NCBI GenBank assembly: GCA_963667035.1
Contig: OY762964.1
Coordinates: 2,048,001-2,112,000 of the forward strand
DNA length: 64,000 nucleotides
Origin: Candidatus Cloacimonadales bacterium
GTDB lineage: Bacteria; Cloacimonadota; Cloacimonadia; Cloacimonadales; JAFGVF01
Direction of reading: 5' to 3'
This document shows positions 20,442-30,753 of the stretch, in pieces (within the stretch, counting starts at the first letter, position 1; each line of letters begins with the position of its first letter). The position numbers and the translations under genes are program-made. Below the pieces are notes generated by a model. It was not told the origin of the DNA and made no database searches. It saw only the letters and a program-made list of their open reading frames with translations.

Positions 20442-21842
20442 TTATAATTTATGTACCGACAACCCTTCAACATCTTCAACAGATTCCATAACACACTCAG
20501 CTAAAGTCGGGTGAGCAAAAACAATCTTTTCAACATCATGGGTTGTTGCTTGTTTTCCGATTAAGATTGCACCTTGTGCAATCATTTCTGTGGCATTTGG
20601 TCCTATAATGTGCATGCCTACTATTCTACCGCTTTCTTTCTCTGCAATTGTTTTAACAAATCCAAAAGTATCTCCTATTGCCATTGCTTTTCCCGAAGCA
20701 GAGAATGGGAACTTACCGATTTCTATCTCGTTGAATTTCTCTTGTGCTTCTGCCTCTGTTAAACCAACAGAGCCTATTTCAGGATGCGTAAAAGTACAAC
20801 GAGGTATGTTCTTATAATCTAAAATAAAGGAATCAAATTCTGTTCCATTTACTAATTTATTTATCTGAGATGCAACCATTAAGCCTTGTTTGCTGGCCGT
20901 ATGTGCTAACATAAGCTTTGCTGTATTATCTCCAATAGACCAAACATTGTTAACGTTTGTCTTCATATCGTCATCTATAGTAACAGAACCTTTATCAATA
21001 GTTACTTCACAATTCTTGAATTCTATCTGATTTACCGGTTCTCTACCAACACTTACAAGTACTTTATCAACTGTTAAGTTCTTTCCGTTTGAGAAGTTAA
21101 GAACTATACAATTTCCTGTTTTCTCATAAGATTCGACTGCTGTTTTAGTCATTACTTTAATACCTGATTTTTTTAGAGCTACAGCTAGTCTCTTGGAAAC
21201 TTCTTCATCTTCAAACGGTACCAGTTTAGGAAGGAACTCAATAATTGTCACATTAACACCGAAAGAGTTGTAAATGGATGCGAACTCGCACCCGATTACT
21301 CCACCTCCAACAACTGCCAGAGATTCGGGTAAGTCAGTCATTTTGAGTATATGGTCTGAAGAGAGAATATCCTCTCCGTTAAATGGCATGAATTTTAATT
21401 CTTTGGGACGAGAACCTGTTGCCAGGATAATATAGTCGGCACTATATTCTTCGTTTTCTTTTGTACTAATTACGAACAACTCATCCCTCTTTTCAATTGA
21501 GATTACTTCTTGGTTTACTAACGGAATCTCCTGTTTTGAATATAACTGTTCAATGCCGGAAACCAAGTTCTCAACAATGTTATTCTTTCTATTAAATACC
21601 TGATTATAATCTACTTCAAATTCAGGAATAACCAAGCCAAATGATTTAGAATTTCTAACTTCATTATACAACTCAGCAACCTTTACCAAAGCTTTAGTTG
21701 GTATACATCCTTTATTAAGGCAGACACCACCTAATCTCTCTTTTTCAAACACCACTGTCTCTATATTGTAACGGTGTAAACGCAAACCGGTAACATATCC
21801 ACCGGGGCCACCACCAATGATTGCAACTTTATAATGCTTCAA
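20442..21842 (-). CDS. lpdA: Dihydrolipoyl dehydrogenase
   Basis: GGGPGGY, GGVCLNKGCIPTK, GGGVIGCE, HPTLAE; TTG start overlapping the rpoN stop. Confidence 0.97.
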   Translation of the reverse strand: MKHYKVAIIGGGPGGYVTGLRLHRYNIETVVFEKERLGGVCLNKGCIPTKALVKVAELYNEVRNSKSFGLVIPEFEVDYNQVFNRKNNIVENLVSGIEQLYSKQEIPLVNQEVISIEKRDELFVISTKENEEYSADYIILATGSRPKELKFMPFNGEDILSSDHILKMTDLPESLAVVGGGVIGCEFASIYNSFGVNVTIIEFLPKLVPFEDEEVSKRLAVALKKSGIKVMTKTAVESYEKTGNCIVLNFSNGKNLTVDKVLVSVGREPVNQIEFKNCEVTIDKGSVTIDDDMKTNVNNVWSIGDNTAKLMLAHTASKQGLMVASQINKLVNGTEFDSFILDYKNIPRCTFTHPEIGSVGLTEAEAQEKFNEIEIGKFPFSASGKAMAIGDTFGFVKTIAEKESGRIVGMHIIGPNATEMIAQGAILIGKQATTHDVEKIVFAHPTLAECVMESVEDVEGLSVHKL

Positions 21843-23296
21843 TTTTGCCTCCTTAGTCGACTATTGAGTATACCCATCTCATCTCTGTATTTTGCAACAA
21901 TACGTCGAGAAATGAACATTTCATCTTCTCTTAGCATCTCTACAAGTTCTTGATCACTATATGGATGATGCGGGTCCTCTTCTTCTATATATTTTGCTAA
22001 GCAAGTTTTTACTCTTTGCCTTGAAACCGACTCGAAATTCATATCTTGACCCGCTGTTGAACTGAAAAACTTCTTTAACGGGATAATTCCAAACGGAGTA
22101 TCGGCATATTTATCTTTTACTACTCTAGAAATTGTTGATTCACTAATTCCTAAATCTTCTGCAATAACAGAATACGTCATGGGATGAAGTACTCTGTCGT
22201 TATTGTAAAAATAGTCCTGTTGATGTCTTATTATTGACTTGACGACACGTTCCATTGTTCGTCTTCTCATGTAGATTGACTTAATCAAAAATCTTGCTGA
22301 ATTTATCTTATCTCTCACATATCTGACAGTCTCTTTATCATGACTTTTTGTATGAATCATCTTTCTGTAATGAGAGTTGATTGCCAGATTAGGAGAATAG
22401 AAATCATTAATAATCACTTCATACTCATCATCAATCAGTTTAATAATTACATCAGGAGTCACGTAATCTTCCGCTCCTTCAGAGATTCTCAGTCCGGGCT
22501 TTGGATCACATTTAGCTATGATATCTCTAATCAAGATTATATATTCTTGCGATACTTGATATTTAGGTGCAATTCTATGATATCTTCTATGAATCAAATG
22601 CTCAAAATCCTCTTTGACTACCCTCATAACAACTGAATCGGATGGATATTCTTCTCTTAGCTGAACTTCTAAGCATTCGGTTATTGACCTGGAAGTAATC
22701 CCTTTAGGAGTTAGATTCAATATCTGATCATGTAAATCTTCAGCTCTTGCCGGTTTTATTTTATATTCTCTGGCAACATGAATAATATCGTAATCTTCAG
22801 GCAAGAATCCATATTCATTACAGCTTTCAATCATATCATTAACAAATTCTGTTTCCTCTTCTGTCAGATTAAGATAATGCAATTGCTTTAAATACTTCTC
22901 GCGTCTATTGACTTTTGCTTTAAGAACTACTTCAGTCTTATCATCACTCTCTTTGTATTTTGATTTATTATAACCATTGTACTCATTCCAAGAATCAAGA
23001 ATTTCACTGAGTTCATTAACTTCTTCAGCAGTTGCCTTATCTTCTTCGTTTGGAGAATCATCAGAATCAGACTCTTGCTTCTCAGTTTCTTTTGCCGAAT
23101 CGTTTTTATCCTCCTCGTCATTCTCAGGGTCAAACTCCTGAAGTTCTAACAAGGGATTGGATGTCAATTCAGTCTTCAAGAACTGTTCCAGTTCAAGTCT
23201 GGTCATGGTTAAGAGCTTCAATGATTGAAGCATCTTAGGCTTCAGAACAGTTTGCTGAAGCTGTTTATGTGATAATATCTGATGTATACCGCTCAT
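21839..23296 (-). CDS. rpoN: RNA polymerase sigma-54 factor
   Basis: NPLLE, PKPG, HTH ISESTISR, RpoN box SRRIVAKYR. Confidence 0.97.
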   Translation of the reverse strand: MSGIHQILSHKQLQQTVLKPKMLQSLKLLTMTRLELEQFLKTELTSNPLLELQEFDPENDEEDKNDSAKETEKQESDSDDSPNEEDKATAEEVNELSEILDSWNEYNGYNKSKYKESDDKTEVVLKAKVNRREKYLKQLHYLNLTEEETEFVNDMIESCNEYGFLPEDYDIIHVAREYKIKPARAEDLHDQILNLTPKGITSRSITECLEVQLREEYPSDSVVMRVVKEDFEHLIHRRYHRIAPKYQVSQEYIILIRDIIAKCDPKPGLRISEGAEDYVTPDVIIKLIDDEYEVIINDFYSPNLAINSHYRKMIHTKSHDKETVRYVRDKINSARFLIKSIYMRRRTMERVVKSIIRHQQDYFYNNDRVLHPMTYSVIAEDLGISESTISRVVKDKYADTPFGIIPLKKFFSSTAGQDMNFESVSRQRVKTCLAKYIEEEDPHHPYSDQELVEMLREDEMFISRRIVAKYRDEMGILNSRLRRQN

Positions 23297-23299
23297 TCT

Positions 23300-24052
23300 T
23301 TATTCATCTATCAACGGATTATGAAGGAAGTTATCTCCTAAATAAACCTTTCTTGCCTTTTCATCGTTCACTAGATCTCTTGACTCTCCGGAAAAGATTA
23401 TTTGACCTTCCGAAACAATATAAGCTCTATTAACTATTTTCAAAGTTTCTAATACATTATGGTCAGTTATCAGAATTCCAATATTTTTTTGTTTCAATTT
23501 CTCAACAATATGCTGAATATCAGCAACAGCTATCGGGTCAACACCTGCAAACGGTTCGTCCATAAACAAGAAAGATGGATTAGTAACCAGGGATCTTGTT
23601 ATCTCAAGCTTCCGTCTCTCTCCACCTGAAAGCGTATATGCTTTTTGCTTAGCAAGCTTAGTTAGATTAAGTTCTTCCAAATGCTCTTCAAGTTTTTGAT
23701 ATCTCTCTTTTCGGCTAACTTTCAGGGTTTGAAGAATTGCCATAATGTTTTCTTCAACTGTCAGTTTATGGAATATTGACGGTGCTTGTGCAAGATAGCT
23801 TATACCCAATCTGGCTCTTTTATACATAGGCCATTTTGTGATTTCTTGATCATTAAACATCACTTTACCTGCATTAGGTTTAGTAAGTCCTATAATCATA
23901 TAGAAGGATGTTGTCTTTCCTGCCCCGTTAGGACCAAGAACTCCGACAACTTCCCCTTGGGTAATTTCGACAGAAAGCTCATTTACTACTCTTCGCTTTC
24001 CATATATCTTAACAAGCTTTTCGGCTCGTATGTTGTTTTGCTCATTCATCAT
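23300..24052 (-). CDS. lptB: LPS export ABC transporter ATPase
   Basis: GPNGAGKTT, PMYKRARLG, LSGGERRKLEI, DEPFAGVDP, TDHNV. Confidence 0.96.
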   Translation of the reverse strand: MMNEQNNIRAEKLVKIYGKRRVVNELSVEITQGEVVGVLGPNGAGKTTSFYMIIGLTKPNAGKVMFNDQEITKWPMYKRARLGISYLAQAPSIFHKLTVEENIMAILQTLKVSRKERYQKLEEHLEELNLTKLAKQKAYTLSGGERRKLEITRSLVTNPSFLFMDEPFAGVDPIAVADIQHIVEKLKQKNIGILITDHNVLETLKIVNRAYIVSEGQIIFSGESRDLVNDEKARKVYLGDNFLHNPLIDE

Positions 24053-24058
24053 ATTACT

Positions 24059-24087
24059 TTTATAAGGAGTTTGAGGAAAAATGTCAA
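24059..24087 (-). promoter_or_regulatory. Sigma70-type internal promoter for lptB-rpoN
   Basis: Minus strand TTGACA-17 nt-TATAAA, ending 6 nt before the lptB ATG. Confidence 0.6.
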
Positions 24088-24155
24088 GCCATATTCACTA
24101 ATGAATGTAAAAAAATAAATTGTTTATGTTAATTGGAACTTTTCTTGCAACTATC

Positions 24156-25238
24156 TTATTGATAAAATCTATACTTGCCTTTTATTTTGCCGCCCATCTC
24201 CAAATGGTCAACTTGATTATCCTCTTTGAAATAGATATTTAACTCGGCTCCATCCGATTGAATCTGCATTGGATCTTGACGCTTTTCCTTATTCTCTTCT
24301 TGGTCATAGAAATAGGAAACATTTTGGTAAGCTTTAAAGTGCTCTATACTATCGTCAACAAAGAAAATATCCATTAAATCCGATTTAACCCAATTACTTT
24401 GAGGTTCTCCTTCGGCTGTTGTATAATCAACATTGCAAGCATTGCGTAGATCAGCTTTATATAGTTTATTATCCTTAAAGAACAGAGTAAACTCTTCTGC
24501 TCTTCCTTTAGCAATGTCGGAATAAAAAACAGGGTCACCGGTAAATAAAGCTCTCTCTTCTTCACTAAAATAGATAAGGAAATTAGAGGTAGCTGTAAAT
24601 GCTTTTTGAGTGACAACAACATCAAATGAAGCTATATACTTCTTATAATTGTGAAAAAACTCTACTTTTCTGGATTCAATTGTTAATGAATCCTTCTTAG
24701 TTAAACTTAAAATAGGATTGTCCCTAAGGAATCCATAGCCTGTACTATGGTTGTATTCAGCATATCCACATACAGCTGATACACTATCGGAATAACTAAA
24801 CATTCTTACGTTACCATCAACTTTCAGATAGTTGTTATTCCTATTAAAGCTACCCTTATCCGAGTAAAACTCTCTGGTAAGGTTTTCATCTTCAAACTCT
24901 CTAACTTCTATATCACCTGACATATAGAGAACATTCTTACTATTATCAAAGGCAACGCTATCAGCCACAACTCTCATAGTATCGTCTTTTGCCTTTACAT
25001 TGCCTAGCATGTAGGCAAACTCTCGTCCCTCATATATCATTGCTTTGTCGCAATTGTATTCAACTTCACAATAGAAGAAATGTACTCTACCTTCCAATTT
25101 ACTTATATAACCTTCAGGAGTATCTATAATTGTTACTTTATCCGAATGCTCTATTGTGTATGGCTTTTTATTTTGTAGATCTTGAGCATAACAAACAATC
25201 GAAATCAAGAATAAACTAAAAATCAAGATTCTCTTCAT
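24156..25238 (-). CDS. LptA/OstA-like beta-jellyroll protein
   Basis: Signal peptide MKRILIFSLFLIS; repeated G.V...D motifs; lies between lptC and lptB. Confidence 0.8.
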   Translation of the reverse strand: MKRILIFSLFLISIVCYAQDLQNKKPYTIEHSDKVTIIDTPEGYISKLEGRVHFFYCEVEYNCDKAMIYEGREFAYMLGNVKAKDDTMRVVADSVAFDNSKNVLYMSGDIEVREFEDENLTREFYSDKGSFNRNNNYLKVDGNVRMFSYSDSVSAVCGYAEYNHSTGYGFLRDNPILSLTKKDSLTIESRKVEFFHNYKKYIASFDVVVTQKAFTATSNFLIYFSEEERALFTGDPVFYSDIAKGRAEEFTLFFKDNKLYKADLRNACNVDYTTAEGEPQSNWVKSDLMDIFFVDDSIEHFKAYQNVSYFYDQEENKEKRQDPMQIQSDGAELNIYFKEDNQVDHLEMGGKIKGKYRFYQ

Positions 25239-25773
25239 CAACAGTTCCTTTAGCTTTAACATTATCCATATATGTAACTTTAAAAGCAGAATCGGTAATC
25301 AGGTTATATCCTATCACTTCGTTATCATCTCTTATCATTATAACTCTATTGGGAGCTAGCACTTTATCCGTAATCTTATCCCACTCAATATAATCAGTCT
25401 TTACTATACCGTTAGGTGTTTCCAGATACACATGCCCGTATGCTTTAATTAAGTTAGCATTGTTTTCAACATAAGCGGAATCACATTCTATATATGAATA
25501 ATGTACACCATTTTTATCATAGGAATCAAGCTTTGCTTCATAAGCAATAGTGAGCTTTTCATCATAAAAGTTCTTAATCGTGACTGCTCTCAGTTTATAA
25601 TCCGATTTATCACCTTTTAAAGTATAAACTTCTATACCTTCTATATACTCTTCAGGAGCATCGGGATCAATTACAAACCTCTCTCCTCCGTTGTCCGCTT
25701 TAAAGCATCCTTGGAATAGAGTTAGGCTAGCGAGTAGTAAGATGATTAACGAAAATCTGTATACTTTCTTCAT
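25216..25773 (-). CDS. lptC: LPS export protein LptC
   Basis: Lipoprotein-like signal (LFQGC), AYGHVYL..TDYIEWD..G.NL.TD pattern, synteny. Confidence 0.8.
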   Translation of the reverse strand: MKKVYRFSLIILLLASLTLFQGCFKADNGGERFVIDPDAPEEYIEGIEVYTLKGDKSDYKLRAVTIKNFYDEKLTIAYEAKLDSYDKNGVHYSYIECDSAYVENNANLIKAYGHVYLETPNGIVKTDYIEWDKITDKVLAPNRVIMIRDDNEVIGYNLITDSAFKVTYMDNVKAKGTVDEENLDF

Positions 25774-26260
25774 GTTTTCCTTGCTTGTGGAGAATGTAAT
25801 CAATTAATTCTCTTAATGCACCCTTGCCACCCGGCTTAGTGGTGACATAGTTTACCCTTTTGGATATACCTTCAGCACAATCTATCGGTGCTGCTGAAAA
25901 GCGTACTGCTTCTAAGAGAGGTAAATCATTATAATCGTCTCCGATATATGCGGCATTGGAAAATTCAAGTCCAAGACTATCTAACAATTCTTTAGCAACA
26001 TCATACTTATTGCTTACATTTTGGTATAGATGTTCTATATTCAAATCATTAGCTCTTCTTTTCAAAGCAAGAGATTCTCTACCTGTTATCACTGCCATAA
26101 TTCCACCGGATTTGTGCCATAAGAAGACTCCTAATCCGTCTCTGGCAGAGAAAGATTTAACTTCATTAGAAGTGTTGTCATATATTATTGAATTATCAGT
26201 GAGTACTCCGTCACAATCCGTAATTATTATTTTAATATCGTTCCAATCAAAATGTCTCAT
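25727..26260 (-). CDS. kdsC: KDO 8-phosphate phosphatase (HAD family)
   Basis: DCDGVLTD, RDGLG, ITGR, YIGDDYND, GGKGALRE. Confidence 0.93.
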   Translation of the reverse strand: MRHFDWNDIKIIITDCDGVLTDNSIIYDNTSNEVKSFSARDGLGVFLWHKSGGIMAVITGRESLALKRRANDLNIEHLYQNVSNKYDVAKELLDSLGLEFSNAAYIGDDYNDLPLLEAVRFSAAPIDCAEGISKRVNYVTTKPGGKGALRELIDYILHKQGKHEESIQIFVNHLTTR

Positions 26261-27051
26261 TATAAAACTTCCAAACTCCTATCTAGTAATCTTTCAAATT
26301 TATCTAAAGCCAACATTGTGGAAGCATCACTTTTTGCTTCCGAAGGATTAGGGTGAGTTTCAACAAATAAACCTTTTACTTTTCCGGTTGCTATTGCAGC
26401 TCTTGCCATCATCTCAATATACTGAGGAGTTCCGCCTGTAGTTGTTCCTGAAGAAGGCTGTTGCATACTATGAGTCACATCATAAACAACAGGATATCCC
26501 AATTCTTCTAAGATAGCAAAACTTCTAAAATCAACAATCAAGTTATGATATCCAAACGAGACACCTCTCTCAGTTAGTAATATTTGGTCATTAGAGAAAG
26601 CTAAGCACTTCTCAATTGCTGACTTCATATCATTGGGAGCCATAAATTGTCCTTTCTTTATGTTAACTATTCTCCCTGTAGCTGCAGCAGCTCTAATCAG
26701 AAAAGTCTGTCGGGAAAGAAAGGCAGGAATCTGTATTATATCGGCTATTTCAGCAGTAGGAACCGCTTCCTCCGACTCATGGATATCAGTAACAATAGGA
26801 ACATCAAACTCCTTCTTCACTTTCTCCAAGATGGCTAGTCCATTTTCTATGCCTGGTCCTGTGAACGAACTTAAGGAAGTTCTATTTGCTTTAGTAAATG
26901 AGGATTTAAAGATAAACTCAATTCCCCTTTTACTAGTATACTCTTTCAATTTTTCAGCTATTAACAGAGTGGTAGCTTCATCTTCTATAACACACGGTCC
27001 TGCGATTACAAAAAACTTATCACTCTTGAGTAATTTACTATATAAACTCAT
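26260..27051 (-). CDS. kdsA: KDO 8-phosphate synthase
   Basis: IAGPCVIE, KANRTS, QIPAFLSRQT, KKGQF, ERG.SFGY, DVTHS, ETHP. Confidence 0.97.
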   Translation of the reverse strand: MSLYSKLLKSDKFFVIAGPCVIEDEATTLLIAEKLKEYTSKRGIEFIFKSSFTKANRTSLSSFTGPGIENGLAILEKVKKEFDVPIVTDIHESEEAVPTAEIADIIQIPAFLSRQTFLIRAAAATGRIVNIKKGQFMAPNDMKSAIEKCLAFSNDQILLTERGVSFGYHNLIVDFRSFAILEELGYPVVYDVTHSMQQPSSGTTTGGTPQYIEMMARAAIATGKVKGLFVETHPNPSEAKSDASTMLALDKFERLLDRSLEVL

Positions 27052-27254
27052 AATAATCCCATATTTTTTTCTAACCAATTTCATTATTAGCACGTATGTC
27101 AAGCTAAAAGGTTTTGTTAGATTTCATTAAGGAGTTCTTTAGAAGTATATTGTCTATGTCAATCTATGTCTCAGCGAAACCGATTTTGCTTTTAACTGCT
27201 ATGTAGAGTCATAGCATTTAGTGTACTCTTTAAATGTTTTCTTTATCCTCTGTA

Positions 27255-29666
27255 CTATTTAACAACCATCATCTTGCCTATAGCTTCTTGTCCTTCCGAC
27301 TTAACTCTATAGAAGTATATCCCCGATGCTACAGACTTACGATTGTTATCCCTGCAATCCCATACTTGTGAATAGTACTCACCTGATTGCTTATCCTCTG
27401 ATGATAATCCTGCACTTCTAACAAGCTGTGAGAAACTCTGAGTTATCTTTATATCCCTCACTTTCTGTCATCTGATATTGTATATCTCTAAGGTTGGTTT
27501 TTCTATCGGTTTCTTTGGCAATGTAAACTCTATGAAAGCAATCTTCCCGTCATTTGAATTTGGTGTAACAGGATTAGGGAAATGAGATACCTGGATTGTA
27601 GCAGGTGGTGTCGGGGATGTCTCATCACTATTCGGTGTTGGATTGTATTCATAAGCTCCCATATCAATTATTCCATCCCATACTCTCGGATTTCCTGCAA
27701 TATCTACCGACGGTAGATTCATATCTAACGTATCAGGTGTTCCTGCATTAATACAAGGTGAGCCTTGAGTTAACTGTACCCAAGCAATATCGTTAAGTTC
27801 TACATCTCCATATACATCTCCTCGGAATAGAGGGTCAGCATCTATGTTATGTGCTCCCCAATTTAAAACAGCGTTATTAGAACTAGTTCCACCTATCCCC
27901 TCATACCCATTCCTAATCAAGCAATAATCTACATTAACAATCGACCTTTGAGTTGGTACATATTTATCTCTAACAAATATATACATTTCGCCATAAGAAT
28001 TTGGGTTGTACATGATACTATTATGAATGCTAAACTCACCGAAAACTCTAAGCATTCCTCCATACATTGCATTGTTAGCATAAGTCATGTTATTAACATA
28101 GCAGGGATCAAAATTGCTACCAAAGATTGTTAACACAGTACCGTTATGAGACGATATGTTGTTATACATTAGAAAATTTTTTAACTCTAAGTTTCCTCCT
28201 GGTGAATCCATTGCTGTGTTTGCATATTGGACTAATGTACCGGGATAATCCTGATGATTGTTTGCAACTACTATATTGTTTGCAGTTACATCACTATCAT
28301 CTAGGTTCAAACCTGAAATCCAACCATTACGTGAATTGCTATCATTATTACAAATTACTATATTACTCAAAATAACATTATAGCTTAAATATATTGACAA
28401 ACAGGTAAAATCTAGCAGGCTTGTGACGTTATCATGTATTATACAGTTAGAAATGTTAATATTTTCAGAAAAACTTATACTTATTCCTGGATACTGGGCA
28501 AGTGAGCTACCAAAGTCTAAGTCTGAAATGCATACATTTGAACTATTAGAGATGAACAGAGATGGACTTTTAGTATTGTTATGATATGATGACAGATTAC
28601 TTATCTTAACATTCTCTTGATAATATACAGCAAGCGTGTTCAAATCCCATTCATCACCTAATAAAACATCGCTATTCTCCGAACCTAGACCAAGCATCTT
28701 AGTATTCGATTGTAAAGCAATAGGAAAGATCTGATTATTCAACTCCTTACTATATACTCCTGGAAGAATAAAAACTGTATTAGGATTGTCCTCATTAGGT
28801 TTTATTAAACGAGTAGCACAAGCAATTGACTGTAAAGCTGTTTCAGGAGTTAGTCCATCGTTTAGATTGTCTCCTGTCGGTGATACATATAGATTCGCAT
28901 CCACTTGATTTATGATTGAATTCATTACTGTTATAGTGGGAGCAAGTAAACCTTCAGTAGATTCAAAAGAAACAATATATCCATCAGGAGTATCTAAATC
29001 AATACTTAATGTATCAAGACAAATGTTATTGCAAATAGTGTCAAACAAGCTAATATCCAGTACATCTCCATAATTATTGTATATATTATTAAGATTAACT
29101 GGATCAAACCAAATTGAGCATTGATATCCACCTATGCCTCCTCCCCAGTATACACCAACATTGTTTCTTACTGTGCATCCACTAATGTTTAATGTACAAT
29201 CGCTTCCACAAACAATTCCTCCGCCATAAAATCCATTGTTGTTTTCTACCAAACAATTACTCAAGGTTAATGTACTTGCACTTTTTATAAAAACACCTCC
29301 CCCAAACCTTGAAGTGCTGTAACCAATACCATTTGTAATGGTAAAACCATTAAGAATAGCATTTTCATGTTCCTTGACAAGAATACAAGTAGATAGTTGA
29401 CCTCCATCTATAATGGTCGATTCAACTGTACTCCAATCATCATTATACATGTAATTGCTAGTAACAGTAATACTCTTGCCTGCAAATTCAATGTTCTCAA
29501 GATAAACACCGGAATGCACTAGAATAGTATCGCTATTATAAGAATCATCAATCGCATCTTGAATGGATGTATATTCGTGAGAACCATCAAGTGAGACTTC
29601 TCTAATTGTTGCATTTATGCAAAGTGACGATAGAATAAATATTATAGCGAATAATGTTTTTCTCAT
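27255..29666 (-). pseudogene. Secreted beta-helix / choice-of-anchor-Q protein with FlgD-like CTD, interrupted by an in-frame TGA at 27468-27470
   Basis: Signal peptide from ATG 29666, YTSIQDAID, GGG repeats, LYVSPTGDN, SPCINAG..DMGAYE. The frame continues IYNIR*QKVRDIK...SGIYFYRV..GKMMVVK. Confidence 0.8.
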
Positions 29667-29687
29667 AAGACCTGCTTTGTCATTACT

Positions 29688-29766
29688 GGGAACGCGGACA
29701 TCCCTGTCCGCATTCTTTGCATGCAAGATGCCTGCGTTCCTAAAAAGGGGCAGGACTTGCCTGCCC
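29688..29766. repeat. REP-like palindromic element
   Basis: GGAACGCGGACATC...GATGCCTGCGTTCC outer stem, inner GCGGACA-TCCC-TGTCCGC, plus GGGCAGG-ACTTG-CCTGCCC. Confidence 0.75.
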
Positions 29767-29780
29767 ATATAACTATAGTT

Positions 29781-30060
29781 TAATTTAAGCAACATCATCT
29801 TCTTTGTCAAGATGTTATGATTTGCTTTAAGACGAAAGAAATATATTCTGGAAGGAACAGAACCATTATCTTGATTTTTCCCATCCCAGACAACATTTTT
29901 AGCGACTCAATTGGTATCTCTCGGTTTTGTTTGTCCTTTAACATTGATTATTTGCAACTTTGCATCCAATAACTCTGTTTTGTCTAAATTGATTTCGGAA
30001 GTGGTATTGCCAGATAAAGAATTTCGATAATTATCGGTTTCTGTAAGAATTTGTTCTATC
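29781..30060 (-). pseudogene. Decayed remnant of another FlgD-like CTD
   Basis: Manual translation NYRNSL..LQIINVKGQTKPRDTN*VAKNVVWDGKNQDNGSVPSRIYFFRLKANHNILTKKMMLLK. Confidence 0.75.
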
Positions 30061-30065
30061 TTCAA

Positions 30066-30092
30066 TGTGTCTACTATATTTAGGACGTTGTA
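30066..30092 (-). mobile_element. IS-end-like 27-mer (inverted copy of 63664-63690)
   Basis: Reverse complement TACAACGTCCTAAATATAGTAGACACA matches 26/27 with the sequence preceding the transposase remnant at 63725. Confidence 0.65.
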
Positions 30093-30186
30093 AATGAAGA
30101 CTTCAAAAGGCTTCCAACTTCCTAAACCATTCCTATTTCACTCCTAATTCCTTCCTATTTTAATCTCTTTAATCGTTCCTTTTAGT

Positions 30187-30309
30187 CGTCCACCAACCAC
30201 GGGTTTCTTTCGGGTTAGTCTCCCGTTGCTCTCCCGTTGGTCTCCCGTTGCTCGCAACGAGATAGAAACGGGAGAAAAATGAGAGAGAAACTCTCGAAAA
30301 ATTTGTGGT
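30187..30309 (-). repeat. Dispersed ~120-bp repeat with an 11-bp-period CAACGGGAGA array (inverted copy of 63518-63637)
   Basis: Direct sequence comparison. Confidence 0.9.
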
Positions 30310-30753
30310 CGGAGGGGAAAGTAAAGGCGAGTAAAATGAAATAAGGGGTATTGGGAGTATTCCGAAAAGTGTAGAGAATCATCCTGAGCGGAATGACAAA
30401 ATTGAAACATCATTCAGTCACTCTGTGCAAAATGACAGAAACCGGAATATTCCAAAGACTGGTTGAATTATTTATTATGGCTTATAATATGCGTAATTGC
30501 ATTGTGAAATCTACACACTTATCTTTTTACTCCCATAAAGTTGAATTGTTACCGATAACAAATAATTGGTCATTATGATGGGATATCATTAGTTTATAAA
30601 GCGTATGAATAAAGTTGAAAAGGTCAAATAATTAAGTTAATGTAAACTCTTGTTTTAGAGAAAATAATTCATTGACAGAATTAACAATTAGGAAATCTTA
30701 CCATGAGGAATTAACTTACAAATTACTAATGAATTACATAGACAGGAGGAAAA

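Noticed and set aside
27468..27470. Selenocysteine at this TGA
   Set aside because: The position aligns with a conserved Gly; there is no nearby Cys motif and no downstream hairpin
30144..30413. 89-aa ORF and the similar 84-aa ORF at 63422-63676 (shared GEQRE/ KPVVGG-like text)
   Set aside because: Similarity comes from the non-coding dispersed repeat; the frame is not conserved between the copies
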